Shown one piece after another: positions 18,362 to 29,069 of a stretch of 64,000 nt of DNA. Under the pieces are notes generated by a model. That model was not told the DNA's origin, did not search any database, and was given only the letters and a program-made list of their open reading frames with translations. A program made the position numbers and the translations under genes. The stretch's first letter is position 1. Each line of letters opens with the position of its first letter. Source of the DNA: Bacteroidales bacterium (lineage in GTDB: Bacteria > Bacteroidota > Bacteroidia > Bacteroidales > UBA7960); the NCBI GenBank assembly GCA_041687035.1, contig JAWLCS010000002.1:22738-86737 (forward strand), in the 5' to 3' direction.

Positions 18362-19747
18362 TCAGTTCATTAGTGCCTCGATATCCGATACCGTTTTTGG
18401 GATAGCAGGGCCCAGGATACGGAAACCATCGTCGGTCACCAGCACATCGTCTTCGATGCGGATGCCGCCTAAGCCGATGTATTCCTTCACCTTGTCGTAA
18501 TTGATAAACTCAGTGAATTTGCCTTCCTTTTCCCATTTTTCGATCAGAGCAGGAACAAAGTAAATGCCGGGCTCAACGGTAAGCACCAAACCGGGCTTAA
18601 GTCTTTTGCCCATGCGCAGGTATGCGGTTCCAAACAGGTCGGAGCGCTGCACCTCATCGTCATAACCCACATAGTTCTCGCCCAAGTCTTCCATATCGTG
18701 CACATCCAATCCCATCTGATGGCCCAGGCCGTGGGGCATAAACAGTGCGGTGGCGGCTTGCTCGGCAGCCTGCGGAATGTTGCCCTTCATAAGGCCAAGC
18801 CTTTTCAGGCCTTCGCCAATGATGTTGATGGCCAGCATGTGAATGCTCTTGAAAGTAACACCCGGCTTAATGGCCTCAATGGCTTTCACATTGGCTTCAA
18901 GCACGATTTCGTAAATCTCTTTCTGGCGCTGGCTGAACTTGCCGCCCACAGGTACGGTGCGAGTATGGTCGCTGGCATAGCGCATAGGTGTTTCGCAGCC
19001 AGTGTCAATTAACATCAGGTCGCCCTTTTCGAGCTTGTTGCTGTGGTCGTGGTTGTGCAGGGTCTCCCCGTGCTTGCTAAGGATGATAGGGAAAGAAAGG
19101 GATCCGCCCCCAGAGAGGGCGATGCCTTCGACCACACCGGCTATTTCACGCTCATACACGCCGGGTTTGGCCATTTTCATGGCGGTGGTGTGCATCTTGT
19201 AGCCTGTTTCGATGGCCTTTTCAATCTCGGCAATCTCTTCGGGTTCCTTGATTTCGCGCAGCGCAACCACGGCCTTGATCAGCTCAACGGAGGCTTCGGC
19301 CTTGAGCTTGTCCACCGGGATTCCCAGCAGCTTTTCCATCAGGATTTTGTTCTCAGCGCGATAGGGCGGCAGGAAATGAATCTTGCGGTCTTTGTCCATG
19401 GCATTCTTCAGAAACTCAGCCAATTCGCCGAAAGGCATGCTGTTGGGCACGCCAACGCGAGCGGCTTTGTCCTTTAACAGCGGCTGAGGCCCCATCCAGA
19501 TAATGTCGTCGATGGAAACATCGTCGCCAAAGAGGTAATCCACATTGTTGTCAATGTCCATAATCCCGGCCATTCCCTGGTGGTCGATGCCAAAGAAATA
19601 CAGGAAATTACTGTCCTGACGGAAATGATAGGTGTTTGCAGGATAGTTCATCGGCACATCCACATTGCCCATAATGAGCACTATGCCGTCCTTGAGGCTT
19701 TCCCTTAGTTTCTTTCTGCGGTTTACGTAGGTTTTTGTTTCAAACAT
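18362..19747 (-). CDS. pepP: Xaa-Pro aminopeptidase (M24B)
   Basis: FRQDSNF, HGLGH.MGLDVHD, TVEPGIYF and GIRIEDD motifs. Confidence 0.92.
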   Translation of the reverse strand: MFETKTYVNRRKKLRESLKDGIVLIMGNVDVPMNYPANTYHFRQDSNFLYFFGIDHQGMAGIMDIDNNVDYLFGDDVSIDDIIWMGPQPLLKDKAARVGVPNSMPFGELAEFLKNAMDKDRKIHFLPPYRAENKILMEKLLGIPVDKLKAEASVELIKAVVALREIKEPEEIAEIEKAIETGYKMHTTAMKMAKPGVYEREIAGVVEGIALSGGGSLSFPIILSKHGETLHNHDHSNKLEKGDLMLIDTGCETPMRYASDHTRTVPVGGKFSQRQKEIYEIVLEANVKAIEAIKPGVTFKSIHMLAINIIGEGLKRLGLMKGNIPQAAEQAATALFMPHGLGHQMGLDVHDMEDLGENYVGYDDEVQRSDLFGTAYLRMGKRLKPGLVLTVEPGIYFVPALIEKWEKEGKFTEFINYDKVKEYIGLGGIRIEDDVLVTDDGFRILGPAIPKTVSDIEALMN

Positions 19748-19770
19748 TGTATTTAGAATTTAGTGATTAC

Positions 19771-19816
19771 TGTAAATGTTGTAAGGGTTGTAAGAGTTGT
19801 AGATTTGTAAGAGTTG
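19771..19816. repeat. Nonamer tandem array
   Basis: TGTAAATGT TGTAAGGGT TGTAAGAGT TGTAGATT TGTAAGAGT. Confidence 0.75.
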
Positions 19817-19853
19817 ATTTAATTCAGCGAAGCGGACACAGCCCTGACAACCT

Positions 19854-21143
19854 TTACGAATTCATTATGTCTTCAATCTCCTCCACCTCAACCGGCACGC
19901 CAGCGGTCAGGTCTTTGGGGCCGTTTTGGGTGATCAGGATATCATTTTCGATGCGCACCCCAATGCCTTCTTCCTTGATGTAAATGCCGGGCTCGCACGA
20001 AAGCAGCATGCCCGGCTTGAAGGTTTCGAAGCGGTGACCCTCGTCGTGCACATCGAGACCCATAAAATGAGAGGTTCCGTGCGGATAATACTTTTTGACG
20101 GCGGGGTTGGCCGGATCCTGCTTTTCAATGTCGTGGCGGGTAATTAGTCCAAGCCCCAGCAGTTCGCGTTCCATGATCTTCATTATCTCTTTGTGATAGG
20201 CATCGATATGGGTTCCGGGCACCAGCATTTGGCGGGCTTCTTTCATCACGCGCAGGCAGGCATTGTACACCTCTTTCTGTCGGGGAGAAAAGCGACCGTT
20301 CACTGGAAAAGTGCGGGTCATATCGCCGGCATAATTGGCATATTCGGCGCCGGTGTCGAGTAGCAGCAAGTCGCCATCTTTGCAAACCTGGTTGTTGTTA
20401 ACATAGTGCAACACGCAGGCATTGGCACCCGAAGCCACAATGGGGTAAAATGAGTGACCGGTGGCGCGGTTTCTTATGTATTCGTGCACCACTTCGGCTT
20501 CGACTTCATATTCCATTACGCCGGGTTTCACAAATTTCAACACCCTGAGGTACGCACCTGTGGTTATGTCGATGGCTTTCTGGATGATCTCCAGTTCGCC
20601 GGGCGACTTGATCAGCCTGAGCGAAGTGACAATGGGTGTAGCCCTGCGGTAGTTGTGCAGTGGATACTTTTCCATGAGTTCATGCGCAAAACGAAGGCTG
20701 CGGTAGTTGTACTCGCCCGGGTATCGCGAATTTTCAATGGTGTTGAGGTACACATTTTCGGCATACATCATGGCTTCCTTCATCATAGCCTCAAAAGCCG
20801 GCAGCCAATAAACCGATTCAATGCCGGAAGCCTCAGTGGCTTCTTTTTGGGTGTATTTGTGCCCTTCCCAAATGGCGATATGCTCATTGGTTTCGAGCAA
20901 AAAAAGCACCTCGCGCAAGGCCGGATTGGGGCTGTCGGGGAAAAGCATCAGCATGCTCTTTTCCTGGTCGATGCCGGTGAGGTAAAAGAAGTCGGGGTTC
21001 TGCCGGAAAGGGAAAAACTGGTCGGCGCTGCGCGGTTGCTCATCGTTCGAAAAGAAAAACGCCACCGAGCCCGGGGCCATTTTTTCCACAAAGTTTTTGC
21101 GGTTTTTAATAAAGATCTGACTGTCTAAAGGCAAGTACTTCAT
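19854..21143 (-). CDS. Xaa-Pro aminopeptidase (M24B), second paralog
   Basis: FRQNPDF, NACVLHY, HGTSHFMGLDVHD, EPGIY and VRIENDI motifs; ATG at 21143 preferred. Confidence 0.92.
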   Translation of the reverse strand: MKYLPLDSQIFIKNRKNFVEKMAPGSVAFFFSNDEQPRSADQFFPFRQNPDFFYLTGIDQEKSMLMLFPDSPNPALREVLFLLETNEHIAIWEGHKYTQKEATEASGIESVYWLPAFEAMMKEAMMYAENVYLNTIENSRYPGEYNYRSLRFAHELMEKYPLHNYRRATPIVTSLRLIKSPGELEIIQKAIDITTGAYLRVLKFVKPGVMEYEVEAEVVHEYIRNRATGHSFYPIVASGANACVLHYVNNNQVCKDGDLLLLDTGAEYANYAGDMTRTFPVNGRFSPRQKEVYNACLRVMKEARQMLVPGTHIDAYHKEIMKIMERELLGLGLITRHDIEKQDPANPAVKKYYPHGTSHFMGLDVHDEGHRFETFKPGMLLSCEPGIYIKEEGIGVRIENDILITQNGPKDLTAGVPVEVEEIEDIMNS

Positions 21144-21459
21144 AATGAAAGGAATTATCAGGCTTAAAATTACTGATTTATTGTTATTTAAAAAGAATTC
21201 AAATAAGCGAATTACTTGCAAAAAATGTACTTATAATCTACATTTGTTTGCCAATGGCTTCGAGGCATTTCTTCAGCACACCAGGATCATTGAGAAATTG
21301 CCTGAATACAAATAAACTAAAAAATGCCTTAACAGGCTGCAGGTTTTAGGATTATTTAACGACCTGCAGGTTGTTTGCGCCAAACTTACATTGTGTTTTT
21401 CCTTGATATTTCTTGGCTGATTCGTTTATAACCAGTGAATTTAATCAACTCCACCCAAC

Positions 21460-22125
21460 ATGAAACAATCAACTTTAAAGCTATCCTCACTGAGCCATAA
21501 ATTTATTCTGGCTCTGGCAGGCTTGTTCCTGATGCTGTTTCTATGCACGCATTTGCTTACCAACCTGCTGATGCTTACAGGCGACAGCACGGCCTTCGAT
21601 AAGGCCGTGGAGTTTCTCAGCACCAACCCTTTAATAAAGGTTGTTGAATATGTGCTCTTTGCAGCCTTCATCATTCACATCATTTTCGGGGTTACTGTGT
21701 GGCTCAGCAACAACAAGGCCAGGCCTGTGAAGTATTATATGGCATCTGGTTCAGAAACATCCTACTTTTCGAAGTTCATGATTCACACTGGGCTGATCAT
21801 CTTTGTTTTCCTGATTATCCACTTGGTTAATTTTTATTTTGTGAAGTTGGGCCTGGTAGCAGTACCCGATTATGCCATCGACAGCCACGACTTCTACGCC
21901 ATGGCGGTGGTTCTTTTCAAGGATCCGCTTTACTCACTGATTTATGTTGTTTGCTTTATTTTTCTTGGTTTCCACCTAAAGCACGCTTTTCAGTCGGCTT
22001 TTCAAACCCTTGGGCTAAACCACGACAAATATTTTCCGGTCATTAAGGTGATAGGCACCATATACGCGCTGGTGATAAGCATTGGGTTCAGTATTATCCC
22101 CATTTATTTCTATTTTTTTCATTAA
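21460..22125 (+). CDS. sdhC: Succinate dehydrogenase/fumarate reductase cytochrome b subunit
   Basis: Five TM helices with heme-ligand His; HL.HAFQSAFQTLG. Confidence 0.93.
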   Translation: MKQSTLKLSSLSHKFILALAGLFLMLFLCTHLLTNLLMLTGDSTAFDKAVEFLSTNPLIKVVEYVLFAAFIIHIIFGVTVWLSNNKARPVKYYMASGSETSYFSKFMIHTGLIIFVFLIIHLVNFYFVKLGLVAVPDYAIDSHDFYAMAVVLFKDPLYSLIYVVCFIFLGFHLKHAFQSAFQTLGLNHDKYFPVIKVIGTIYALVISIGFSIIPIYFYFFH

Positions 22126-22152
22126 GAATTTCACCCGAAAAACCTGTGAGCT

Positions 22153-24072
22153 ATGATAAAGCTTGATTCGAAAATACCGGGCGGTCCAATTGCCGACAAA
22201 TGGAGCAACTACAAAAACTCCCTTCGGCTGGTGAATCCCGCCAACAAGAAAAAACTGGAAATCATCGTGGTGGGTACCGGCCTTGCCGGGGCTTCTGCCG
22301 CCAGTGCGCTGGGCGAACTGGGGTACAATGTGAAGGTGTTCTGTTTTCAGGACTCACCCCGCCGCGCCCACTCAGTGGCTGCCCAGGGGGGCATCAATGC
22401 TGCAAAGAACTACAAAAACGATGGCGACTCCATTTACCGCCTGTTTCACGACATGATCAAGGGCGGTGACTACCGCGCCCGCGAAGCCAATGTGTACCGG
22501 GCGGCTGAGGTTAGCAACGAGGTGATCGACCATTTTACAGCATTGGGTGTGCCCTTTGCCCGCGATTATGGCGGCATGCTCGACAACCGTTCTTTTGGCG
22601 GGGTGCAAGTGTCGCGCACCTTCTATGCCAAAGGACAGACCGGGCAGCAATGCCTGCTGGGCACCTACTCCTCGCTGAACCGGCAAATCGCCAAGGGCCG
22701 CGTGAAAATGTTTCCGCGGCGCGACATGCTCGATGTGGTAGTGATCGACGGCAAGGCCCGTGGTATTATTACCCGCAACCTGGTTACCGGCGAAATTGAA
22801 CGCCATGGGGCCCATGCCGTGGTGCTGGCCACCGGAGGTTATGGTACGGTATTTTACCTTTCTACCCTGGCCCTGGGCAGCAATGCCACCGCCGCCTGGA
22901 GCGCACATAAAAAAGGCGCCCTTTTTGCCAACCCAAGCTTTATTCAGATTCACCCCACCAGTATTCCGGTGCTAAACGACTACCAATGCAAGCTTACGCT
23001 GATGTCGGAATCGTTGCGTAACGACGGCCGCGTTTGGGTGCCCAAGGAAAAGGGCGACAAGCGCCATCCCAACCAGATTTCCGAAGGGGAACGCGATTAT
23101 TACCTGGAGCGACGCTACCCCGCATTCGGAAACCTGGTGCCGCGCGATGTGGCCTCCAGGGCAGCCAAGGAAAGATGCGACGCTGGTTACGGCGTTGGCG
23201 ATACCGGGCTGTCTGTTTATCTCGACTTTAAGGATGCTATTGCCAAACAAGGGCAGAAAGCCATTCAGGACAAATACGGCAACCTGTTTGAAATGTATGA
23301 AAAGATAACCGGCACCAACCCATATACTGAGCCCATGCGCATTTATCCTGCAGGGCACTATACCATGGGCGGACTGTGGGTCGACTACAACCTGATGACC
23401 ACCATTCCGGGCCTCTACGCCATTGGCGAGAGCAACTTCTCCGACCACGGCGCCAACCGACTGGGAGCCAGCTCGCTAATGCAATGCTCGGGCGATGGGT
23501 ATTTTATCCTGCCTTACACAATTGGCGATTATATGGCTGACGAAATCCGCAATCCAAAGACCGACACCAAGCACCCCGAGTTCGAAAAAGCAGAGAAAGA
23601 GGTGAAAGACCGCATCGACCGCCTTATAGCCGTAAACGGGACCCAGACCGCCAGTTCTTTCCATAAGAGGCTGGGCAAGATCCTATGGGACCACTGCGGC
23701 ATGTTTCGCAATGCACAGGGTCTGCAAAAGGGTCTGGAGCTGCTCAACCAACTCGAGGACGAATTCTGGAAAGAGATCAAGATTCCGGGAAGCAAGAAGG
23801 AGATGAACCAGGAGCTAGAGAAAGCCATTAAAGTAGCCGACTACTTTGAGGTAGGCCGCTTGATGATTGAAGATGCCCTGGCCCGCAACGAGTCGTGCGG
23901 TGCGCACTTCCGCGAGGAATACCAGACTGAACAGGGGGAAGCCCGTCGCGATGATGCCAACTACTCATACGTGTCGGCCTGGGAATATCAGGGTCACGGA
24001 AAAAAACCGCTGCTGCATAAAGAGCCGCTGAAGTTCGAATTTGTTGAACTGAAGGAAAGAAGTTACAAATAA
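22153..24072 (+). CDS. sdhA: Succinate dehydrogenase/fumarate reductase flavoprotein
   Basis: [27 protein letters not shown] and HGANRLG motifs. Confidence 0.97.
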   Translation: MIKLDSKIPGGPIADKWSNYKNSLRLVNPANKKKLEIIVVGTGLAGASAASALGELGYNVKVFCFQDSPRRAHSVAAQGGINAAKNYKNDGDSIYRLFHDMIKGGDYRAREANVYRAAEVSNEVIDHFTALGVPFARDYGGMLDNRSFGGVQVSRTFYAKGQTGQQCLLGTYSSLNRQIAKGRVKMFPRRDMLDVVVIDGKARGIITRNLVTGEIERHGAHAVVLATGGYGTVFYLSTLALGSNATAAWSAHKKGALFANPSFIQIHPTSIPVLNDYQCKLTLMSESLRNDGRVWVPKEKGDKRHPNQISEGERDYYLERRYPAFGNLVPRDVASRAAKERCDAGYGVGDTGLSVYLDFKDAIAKQGQKAIQDKYGNLFEMYEKITGTNPYTEPMRIYPAGHYTMGGLWVDYNLMTTIPGLYAIGESNFSDHGANRLGASSLMQCSGDGYFILPYTIGDYMADEIRNPKTDTKHPEFEKAEKEVKDRIDRLIAVNGTQTASSFHKRLGKILWDHCGMFRNAQGLQKGLELLNQLEDEFWKEIKIPGSKKEMNQELEKAIKVADYFEVGRLMIEDALARNESCGAHFREEYQTEQGEARRDDANYSYVSAWEYQGHGKKPLLHKEPLKFEFVELKERSYK

Positions 24073-24092
24073 GCCTCTAACCTATTGAAACC

Positions 24093-24848
24093 ATGGATAT
24101 AAAACTTAAAATATGGCGTCAGAAAAACGCCAGCACCAAAGGACGGTTCGAAGATTACGAACTGAAGGATGTTTCGCCCGAAATGTCATTTCTGGAGATG
24201 CTTGATTACTTGAACAAGCAGCTTATTGAAAGCGGCAAGGAGCCGGTAACTTTTGAGCACGACTGCCGCGAAGGCATTTGCGGCACCTGCGGACTATACA
24301 TTAACGGAAGGCCCCACGGGCCGCTTACACACACCACCACCTGCGAGCTCCATATGCGTGAGTTTAAGGATGGAGAAAACATTATCGTGGAGCCCTGGCG
24401 CTCAAAGGCATTCCCCATTATTAAAGACCTTGCCGTTGATCGCAGCGCTTTTGACAAGATCATGCATGCCGGCGGTTTTGTCAGCGTTGACGCCGGCTCT
24501 GCAAAAGAAGCCAACGCTATTCCCATCAATAAAAAAATCTCCGACCGGGCCTTCGATGCCGCTGTGTGCATTGGCTGTGGAGCCTGCGTGGCGGCCTGCA
24601 AAAACTCTTCGGCCATGCTGTTTGTGGCCGCAAAAGTATCGCAATACGCCATGCTGCCGCAGGGCAAGTTAGAAGCCGCCGACAGGGTACAGCGCATGGT
24701 GGAGAAAATGGACGAGCTGGGCTTTGGTTTTTGTTCAAACACCTATGCCTGCGAGTTCGACTGCCCAAAGGGCATTTCTGTTGAGTTTATCGCCCAGATG
24801 AACCGCGAATTTATCTCAGCAAAGATGTGTTCACACAAGAATCACTAG
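24093..24848 (+). CDS. sdhB: Succinate dehydrogenase/fumarate reductase iron-sulfur subunit
   Basis: [16 protein letters not shown] and CSNTYAC...CP motifs. Confidence 0.96.
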   Translation: MDIKLKIWRQKNASTKGRFEDYELKDVSPEMSFLEMLDYLNKQLIESGKEPVTFEHDCREGICGTCGLYINGRPHGPLTHTTTCELHMREFKDGENIIVEPWRSKAFPIIKDLAVDRSAFDKIMHAGGFVSVDAGSAKEANAIPINKKISDRAFDAAVCIGCGACVAACKNSSAMLFVAAKVSQYAMLPQGKLEAADRVQRMVEKMDELGFGFCSNTYACEFDCPKGISVEFIAQMNREFISAKMCSHKNH

Positions 24849-24867
24849 CCCGATTGTTAAAAATTCT

Positions 24868-24902
24868 AAAAAGCACTAAACATCCGTTTAGTGCTTTTTT
24901 TT
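24868..24902 (+). terminator. Terminator of sdhCAB
   Basis: AAAAAGCACTAAAC-atcc-GTTTAGTGCTTTTT. Confidence 0.9.
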
Positions 24903-25052
24903 CATTTTCATCAGTCCCATCAATGATTTTCAACGCTTTATCTTATAAACATTTAAAAAAAATAATTTGAAAGGCTAGGAAGTTTTAAAATATATTTATA
25001 TATTTGCTACATCTGAAGTAATTGAGTATTAACTGAACAAATATTAAAAATT

Positions 25053-25346
25053 ATGGCAACCCAGAAACTTGATCCCAAGAAATTGGAAGAAGCAGCAAGC
25101 AAGCTCAGGGCAATTGCTCATCCAATGCGGATCGCGATCATTGGCCTGCTTGAAAAGAAGGAGCAAATGAATGTTACCGAGATATACGAGAGTCTTAAAA
25201 TCGAACAAGCCTCGGCCTCCCACCATTTGAACATCCTTAAGACCAAAGGCGTTCTCGACTCGCGCCGCGCGGGCAAAAACACCTTCTATTTTCTCAAGCA
25301 CGAAGCTTTGAGCCAAGTTATTGACTGCATTAACCGTTGCCACTAA
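25053..25346 (+). CDS. ArsR/SmtB family transcriptional regulator
   Basis: AIAHPMRI.I, SHHL.IL and R.GK..FY motifs; preceded by TATATTTG. Confidence 0.92.
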   Translation: MATQKLDPKKLEEAASKLRAIAHPMRIAIIGLLEKKEQMNVTEIYESLKIEQASASHHLNILKTKGVLDSRRAGKNTFYFLKHEALSQVIDCINRCH

Positions 25347-25370
25347 TTACCAGGCTACGGAAAATAAAGC

Positions 25371-25397
25371 AAGCTGCCCACGGGCAGCTTTTTTTTT
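25371..25397 (+). terminator. Intrinsic terminator
   Basis: AAGCTGCCC-ac-GGGCAGCTT followed by a T run. Confidence 0.85.
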
Positions 25398-25510
25398 ACC
25401 TGCGCTGACCAACCCAGTGAAATACCCTATTTTTTTTAGGGTAACACCTAGTTATTTAATTTCCTTTTTCATAAATTTGCACGTTAAACCGACATAAAAA
25501 ACCTCTCGTT

Positions 25511-25924
25511 ATGAAAAAAACAATTCTGGTCGCTAACATTTTTATTTTTTGCATACTCACCTCTTTTGGCCTGATGGCCAACGGACCTGAGCTCTCCTTT
25601 TCGCTTGAGCGCCTCGACTATGGCACGGTCTATACTGACGAGATGCCCGAAACCAAGGTAGACATTGAGTTTTCGAACAGCGGCACCGCTCCGCTGTTGC
25701 TCAGCGGCGTGAGAGCCTGCTGTGGCACCAGGGTGCTGAGTTGGCCCCGCGAGCCCCTCATGCCCGGCGAAAAAGGCACCATTACCATTGAGTTCAGACT
25801 GGCTCCCAGGGCACAGCGCATTAGCCGCACAGTGACGGTGAGCTCAAACGACACCAAAAGCCCCACCTCTATTTTCAGGATTATCGGCCAGGTGGAAGAA
25901 AGGGCCGCAGAGCCTCCCAGATAA
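25511..25924 (+). CDS. DUF1573 domain exported protein
   Basis: Signal peptide; F.NSG..PL...V.ACCGT...WPREP..PGEKGTI. Confidence 0.85.
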   Translation: MKKTILVANIFIFCILTSFGLMANGPELSFSLERLDYGTVYTDEMPETKVDIEFSNSGTAPLLLSGVRACCGTRVLSWPREPLMPGEKGTITIEFRLAPRAQRISRTVTVSSNDTKSPTSIFRIIGQVEERAAEPPR

Positions 25925-26024
25925 TTTTTTCTGCTAAACTGCTTTTTGAATCTTGTTTTTTGGTATAATTGTTGATTAAAATCACTCTAGTTCACTAAAT
26001 TGTAACACGCAAAAATTGAATGCT

Positions 26025-26462
26025 ATGCAAAAGATTTCTTTTCTTTTTTGCATTCTGGTGTTAAGCACCACCATGCTTTTTGGTCAGGCCGCTGGCCCAA
26101 AATTTGAATTTGTTGAAGAGTCAATTGACCTTGGTACTTATTACACCGACAACCTTGATGTAATAAAAATTGAAATAGAATTCGAAAACAAAGGCGATCA
26201 GCCCTTGACCGTCAGCTCCGTAAGGGGTTGCTGCGGCACACGCATTACTGGCTGGACCCGCGAGCCCATTAAACCAGGTGAAAAAGGCACCATTACCGCC
26301 GAGTTCAGGCCGGCACCCCGTGCACACACGATCAGCCGCACGGTCACTGCCATGTCAAATGATGCCTCAGGCCAAAAAATATTCCGCATTCGCGGAAAAG
26401 TTGAAGAGCCCACCACCGGTTTTAATCCCGAGCCGGCCACCAAGGCACCCACAGCCAGATAA
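26025..26462 (+). CDS. DUF1573 domain exported protein (tandem paralog)
   Basis: Signal peptide; FENKG..PL...V.GCCGT...WTREP..PGEKGTI. Confidence 0.85.
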   Translation: MQKISFLFCILVLSTTMLFGQAAGPKFEFVEESIDLGTYYTDNLDVIKIEIEFENKGDQPLTVSSVRGCCGTRITGWTREPIKPGEKGTITAEFRPAPRAHTISRTVTAMSNDASGQKIFRIRGKVEEPTTGFNPEPATKAPTAR

Positions 26463-26496
26463 GCCACGGGTTTCTTCAACACCTGACCAAAAAATG

Positions 26497-26545
26497 AAAG
26501 AGAATCTCTACCACTTAATTTAAAAAGTGGCGGAGATTCTCTTTT
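26497..26545 (+). terminator. Long hairpin, probable terminator
   Basis: AAAGAGAATCTCtaCCACTT...AAGTGGcgGAGATTCTCTTT, a 20-bp imperfect stem. Confidence 0.7.
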
Positions 26546-26605
26546 ATGGTGTTAAATGTAAACTTTTTGCTTTTTTTATGCGTTAAAGCAAATAAACTCC
26601 CAATT

Positions 26606-27733
26606 ATGCGTTTTTTACTTTGGACCTCCCGTATCCTTTTCGGATTGGTATTCATTTTCTCAGGTATCGTAAAAGCCATCGACCCCCTGGGCTCCACTTA
26701 CAAGTTTCAGGATTATTTCCTGTCTTTTGGCCTTGAATGGATGTTTTCGCTGGCCCTGCCCCTGGCCATTATTCTCAGCACCCTTGAGTTCCTCATCGGG
26801 GTAAACATTTTGCTGGGCATAAAAATGCGCCTCAGCGCCTGGGGTGGCTTGCTTTTCATGCTGTTCTTTACCCCGCTTACGATCTATGTGGCCATTTACG
26901 ACCCGGTGCCGGACTGCGGCTGTTTTGGTGATGCCCTGATCATAAGCAACTGGCAAACGTTTTACAAAAACATTGTTTTCTTGGCCGCCGCCATTTTCAT
27001 TTTCATAAAACGGAAGGAAATTAGACCGCTCTGGTCGGAGCGCAACGACTGGTACCTGTCGGGTTTGGTGGCATTGATTGGAATAATGATTTCGGTTTAT
27101 TGCCTGCGTAACTTACCCATTATTGATTTCCGCCCCTGGAAAGTGGGAAACAACGTGCTCGAACTGATGACCCCAGAGCCTGAAGAGGCCGATATTTTTC
27201 TGATCTTCGAGAATCAGCAAACCGGAGAGCTGGCCGAATACCCTGCCACCGATTACCCATGGGACGACGAAGAGTGGAACCAGCTTTGGAAGTTTAAGGA
27301 TCAGCGCCGCGAGATTATCAAGCCATACGTGCCAGCGCCCATTGATGACTTTTCCCTCTACGATGAATACGGCGATGATTATACCGACAGCTATATTGCC
27401 AATCCCGATTATCAGTTTTTGCTGGTGGTGTACGATCTGGCCGGGGCCAATACCCGGGCTTTTTCCGAAAGGATTAATTCCCTTGCAGCAGCCGCCGACG
27501 AGCAGGGCTATTCCTTCATAGCCCTGACAGGATCTTCATTTGAGGCCATCGATGCTTTCCGACACGAGCACCAAACGCCCTATTATTTTTACCAGGCCGA
27601 TGGGGTGAAGCTCAAAACGATTATCCGTTCAAACCCAGGCCTGGTGCTTATGAAGGACGGCGTGGTGCTGGGCAAGTGGGCACATCGCAACATACCCGAC
27701 TTCGAGACCATCCGGGAAAAATACATGGAATAA
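26606..27733 (+). CDS. DoxX/MauE-like membrane protein (BT_3928 family)
   Basis: SG.VKAIDPLG, DCGCFGDA, DFRP.KVG and KT.IRSNPG motifs. Confidence 0.88.
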   Translation: MRFLLWTSRILFGLVFIFSGIVKAIDPLGSTYKFQDYFLSFGLEWMFSLALPLAIILSTLEFLIGVNILLGIKMRLSAWGGLLFMLFFTPLTIYVAIYDPVPDCGCFGDALIISNWQTFYKNIVFLAAAIFIFIKRKEIRPLWSERNDWYLSGLVALIGIMISVYCLRNLPIIDFRPWKVGNNVLELMTPEPEEADIFLIFENQQTGELAEYPATDYPWDDEEWNQLWKFKDQRREIIKPYVPAPIDDFSLYDEYGDDYTDSYIANPDYQFLLVVYDLAGANTRAFSERINSLAAAADEQGYSFIALTGSSFEAIDAFRHEHQTPYYFYQADGVKLKTIIRSNPGLVLMKDGVVLGKWAHRNIPDFETIREKYME

Positions 27734-27746
27734 AGCGGGAAGAATT

Positions 27747-28196
27747 TTAGTTTCTCTTTTTTCGGAAAAAATCTGTCATCAGGGCTGCGCACTCCGCGGA
27801 CCTGATGCTTTTTACCACTTTGGTTTTGGGATGAAAGGGATTATGGAGAAAGGTGGAAAACCCTTTTTTCTCATCGTCGGCACCATACACTACTTTGCCG
27901 ATTTGTGCCCAGTTCAGCGCGCCGGCGCACATCAGGCAAGGCTCCAGGGTAACGTACAAGGTGCAATCAACCAGGTATTTCCCGCCAAGGTAATTGGCTG
28001 CAGCGGTAATGGCCTGCATTTCGGCATGGGCGGTTACATCGTTAAGCCTTTCGGTAAGGTTGTGCGCACGGGCAATGATGCGATCCTGACAAACTACTAC
28101 GGCACCCACGGGCACCTCGTCGGCATAAAAGGCTTTGCGCGCTTCTTTCAGCGCCTCGCCCATAAAATGTTCGTCAGAAAAAACGGTCAGCCCCAT
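27747..28196 (-). CDS. tadA: tRNA adenosine deaminase
   Basis: EVPVGAV, HAE and EPCLMC motifs. Confidence 0.9.
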   Translation of the reverse strand: MGLTVFSDEHFMGEALKEARKAFYADEVPVGAVVVCQDRIIARAHNLTERLNDVTAHAEMQAITAAANYLGGKYLVDCTLYVTLEPCLMCAGALNWAQIGKVVYGADDEKKGFSTFLHNPFHPKTKVVKSIRSAECAALMTDFFRKKRN

Positions 28197-28235
28197 AAGA
28201 ATTCCATTTGTGGAGCAAAGGTAAGCCAAACTGGC

Positions 28236-29069
28236 TTAAATGGCGTTTAAATGATGCTTTACCCAGCAGCTAATCAGCAGTTGCATTTTTTTGCCATCGC
28301 TTACGCGGAAGCGCTGCGAAGTGAGGCTTTGCGGCGAAGCCGGCTCAATCTTGCGAAGCAACTCAAGGTAATAGCGGTATGCCAGGAAAACGCCCAGGCG
28401 AACATCCTTTTTGAGCCCTTTTATCCCCGGAAGGGAGTCGGCAAAATCTGCCCTCAGTTCTTCTTCAATCTCAAGCTTCTCCTTTTCTGAAAAGGTATTG
28501 TAATCCACATTGGGAAAATACACCCTGCCGCGCTCCTCGAAATCAGATTGCATATCGCGCAGAAAGTTCACCTTTTGAAAGGCTTCGCCAAGCTTACGTG
28601 CAGGAGGCACCAGGCTTTCGTAACCTGCATCATCGCCATCGTAAAACACCCGCAGGCACATAAGGCCCACCACCTCGGCCGAGCCGTAAATATATTCCTG
28701 GTATTCGGCGCGGTTAAAGGTCGTTTTGTAAAGGTCCATGTCCATGCTCTTCAGGAAGGCCTCGATCAGGTCGTGGCCGATCTTGTAACGGTTTACCGCC
28801 CACTGAAAGCTGTGCAATATGGGGTTGGGGCTCATTTCCTTTTCAATGGCTTCAAAGGTCTCCTTTCGAAATCTTTCCAGCAGCGCTCTTTTGTCCTGTT
28901 CGTGAAAGGTATCTACAATTTCGTCGGCAAAGCGCACAAAGCCGTATATGGCATAGATGGCCGGGCGGTATTTTTTTCGCAGCAGCCAAACCCCCAACGA
29001 AAAGGAGGTGCTGTAGTTTTTTGTGGTTACCTCACTGCACTGCAGCGCATTACTTGTGTAGAGATCCAT
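28236..29069 (-). CDS. crtB: Phytoene synthase
   Basis: YSTSFS, R.ADEIVD, YIYGSAEVVGLM and NFLRD motifs. Confidence 0.95.
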   Translation of the reverse strand: MDLYTSNALQCSEVTTKNYSTSFSLGVWLLRKKYRPAIYAIYGFVRFADEIVDTFHEQDKRALLERFRKETFEAIEKEMSPNPILHSFQWAVNRYKIGHDLIEAFLKSMDMDLYKTTFNRAEYQEYIYGSAEVVGLMCLRVFYDGDDAGYESLVPPARKLGEAFQKVNFLRDMQSDFEERGRVYFPNVDYNTFSEKEKLEIEEELRADFADSLPGIKGLKKDVRLGVFLAYRYYLELLRKIEPASPQSLTSQRFRVSDGKKMQLLISCWVKHHLNAI

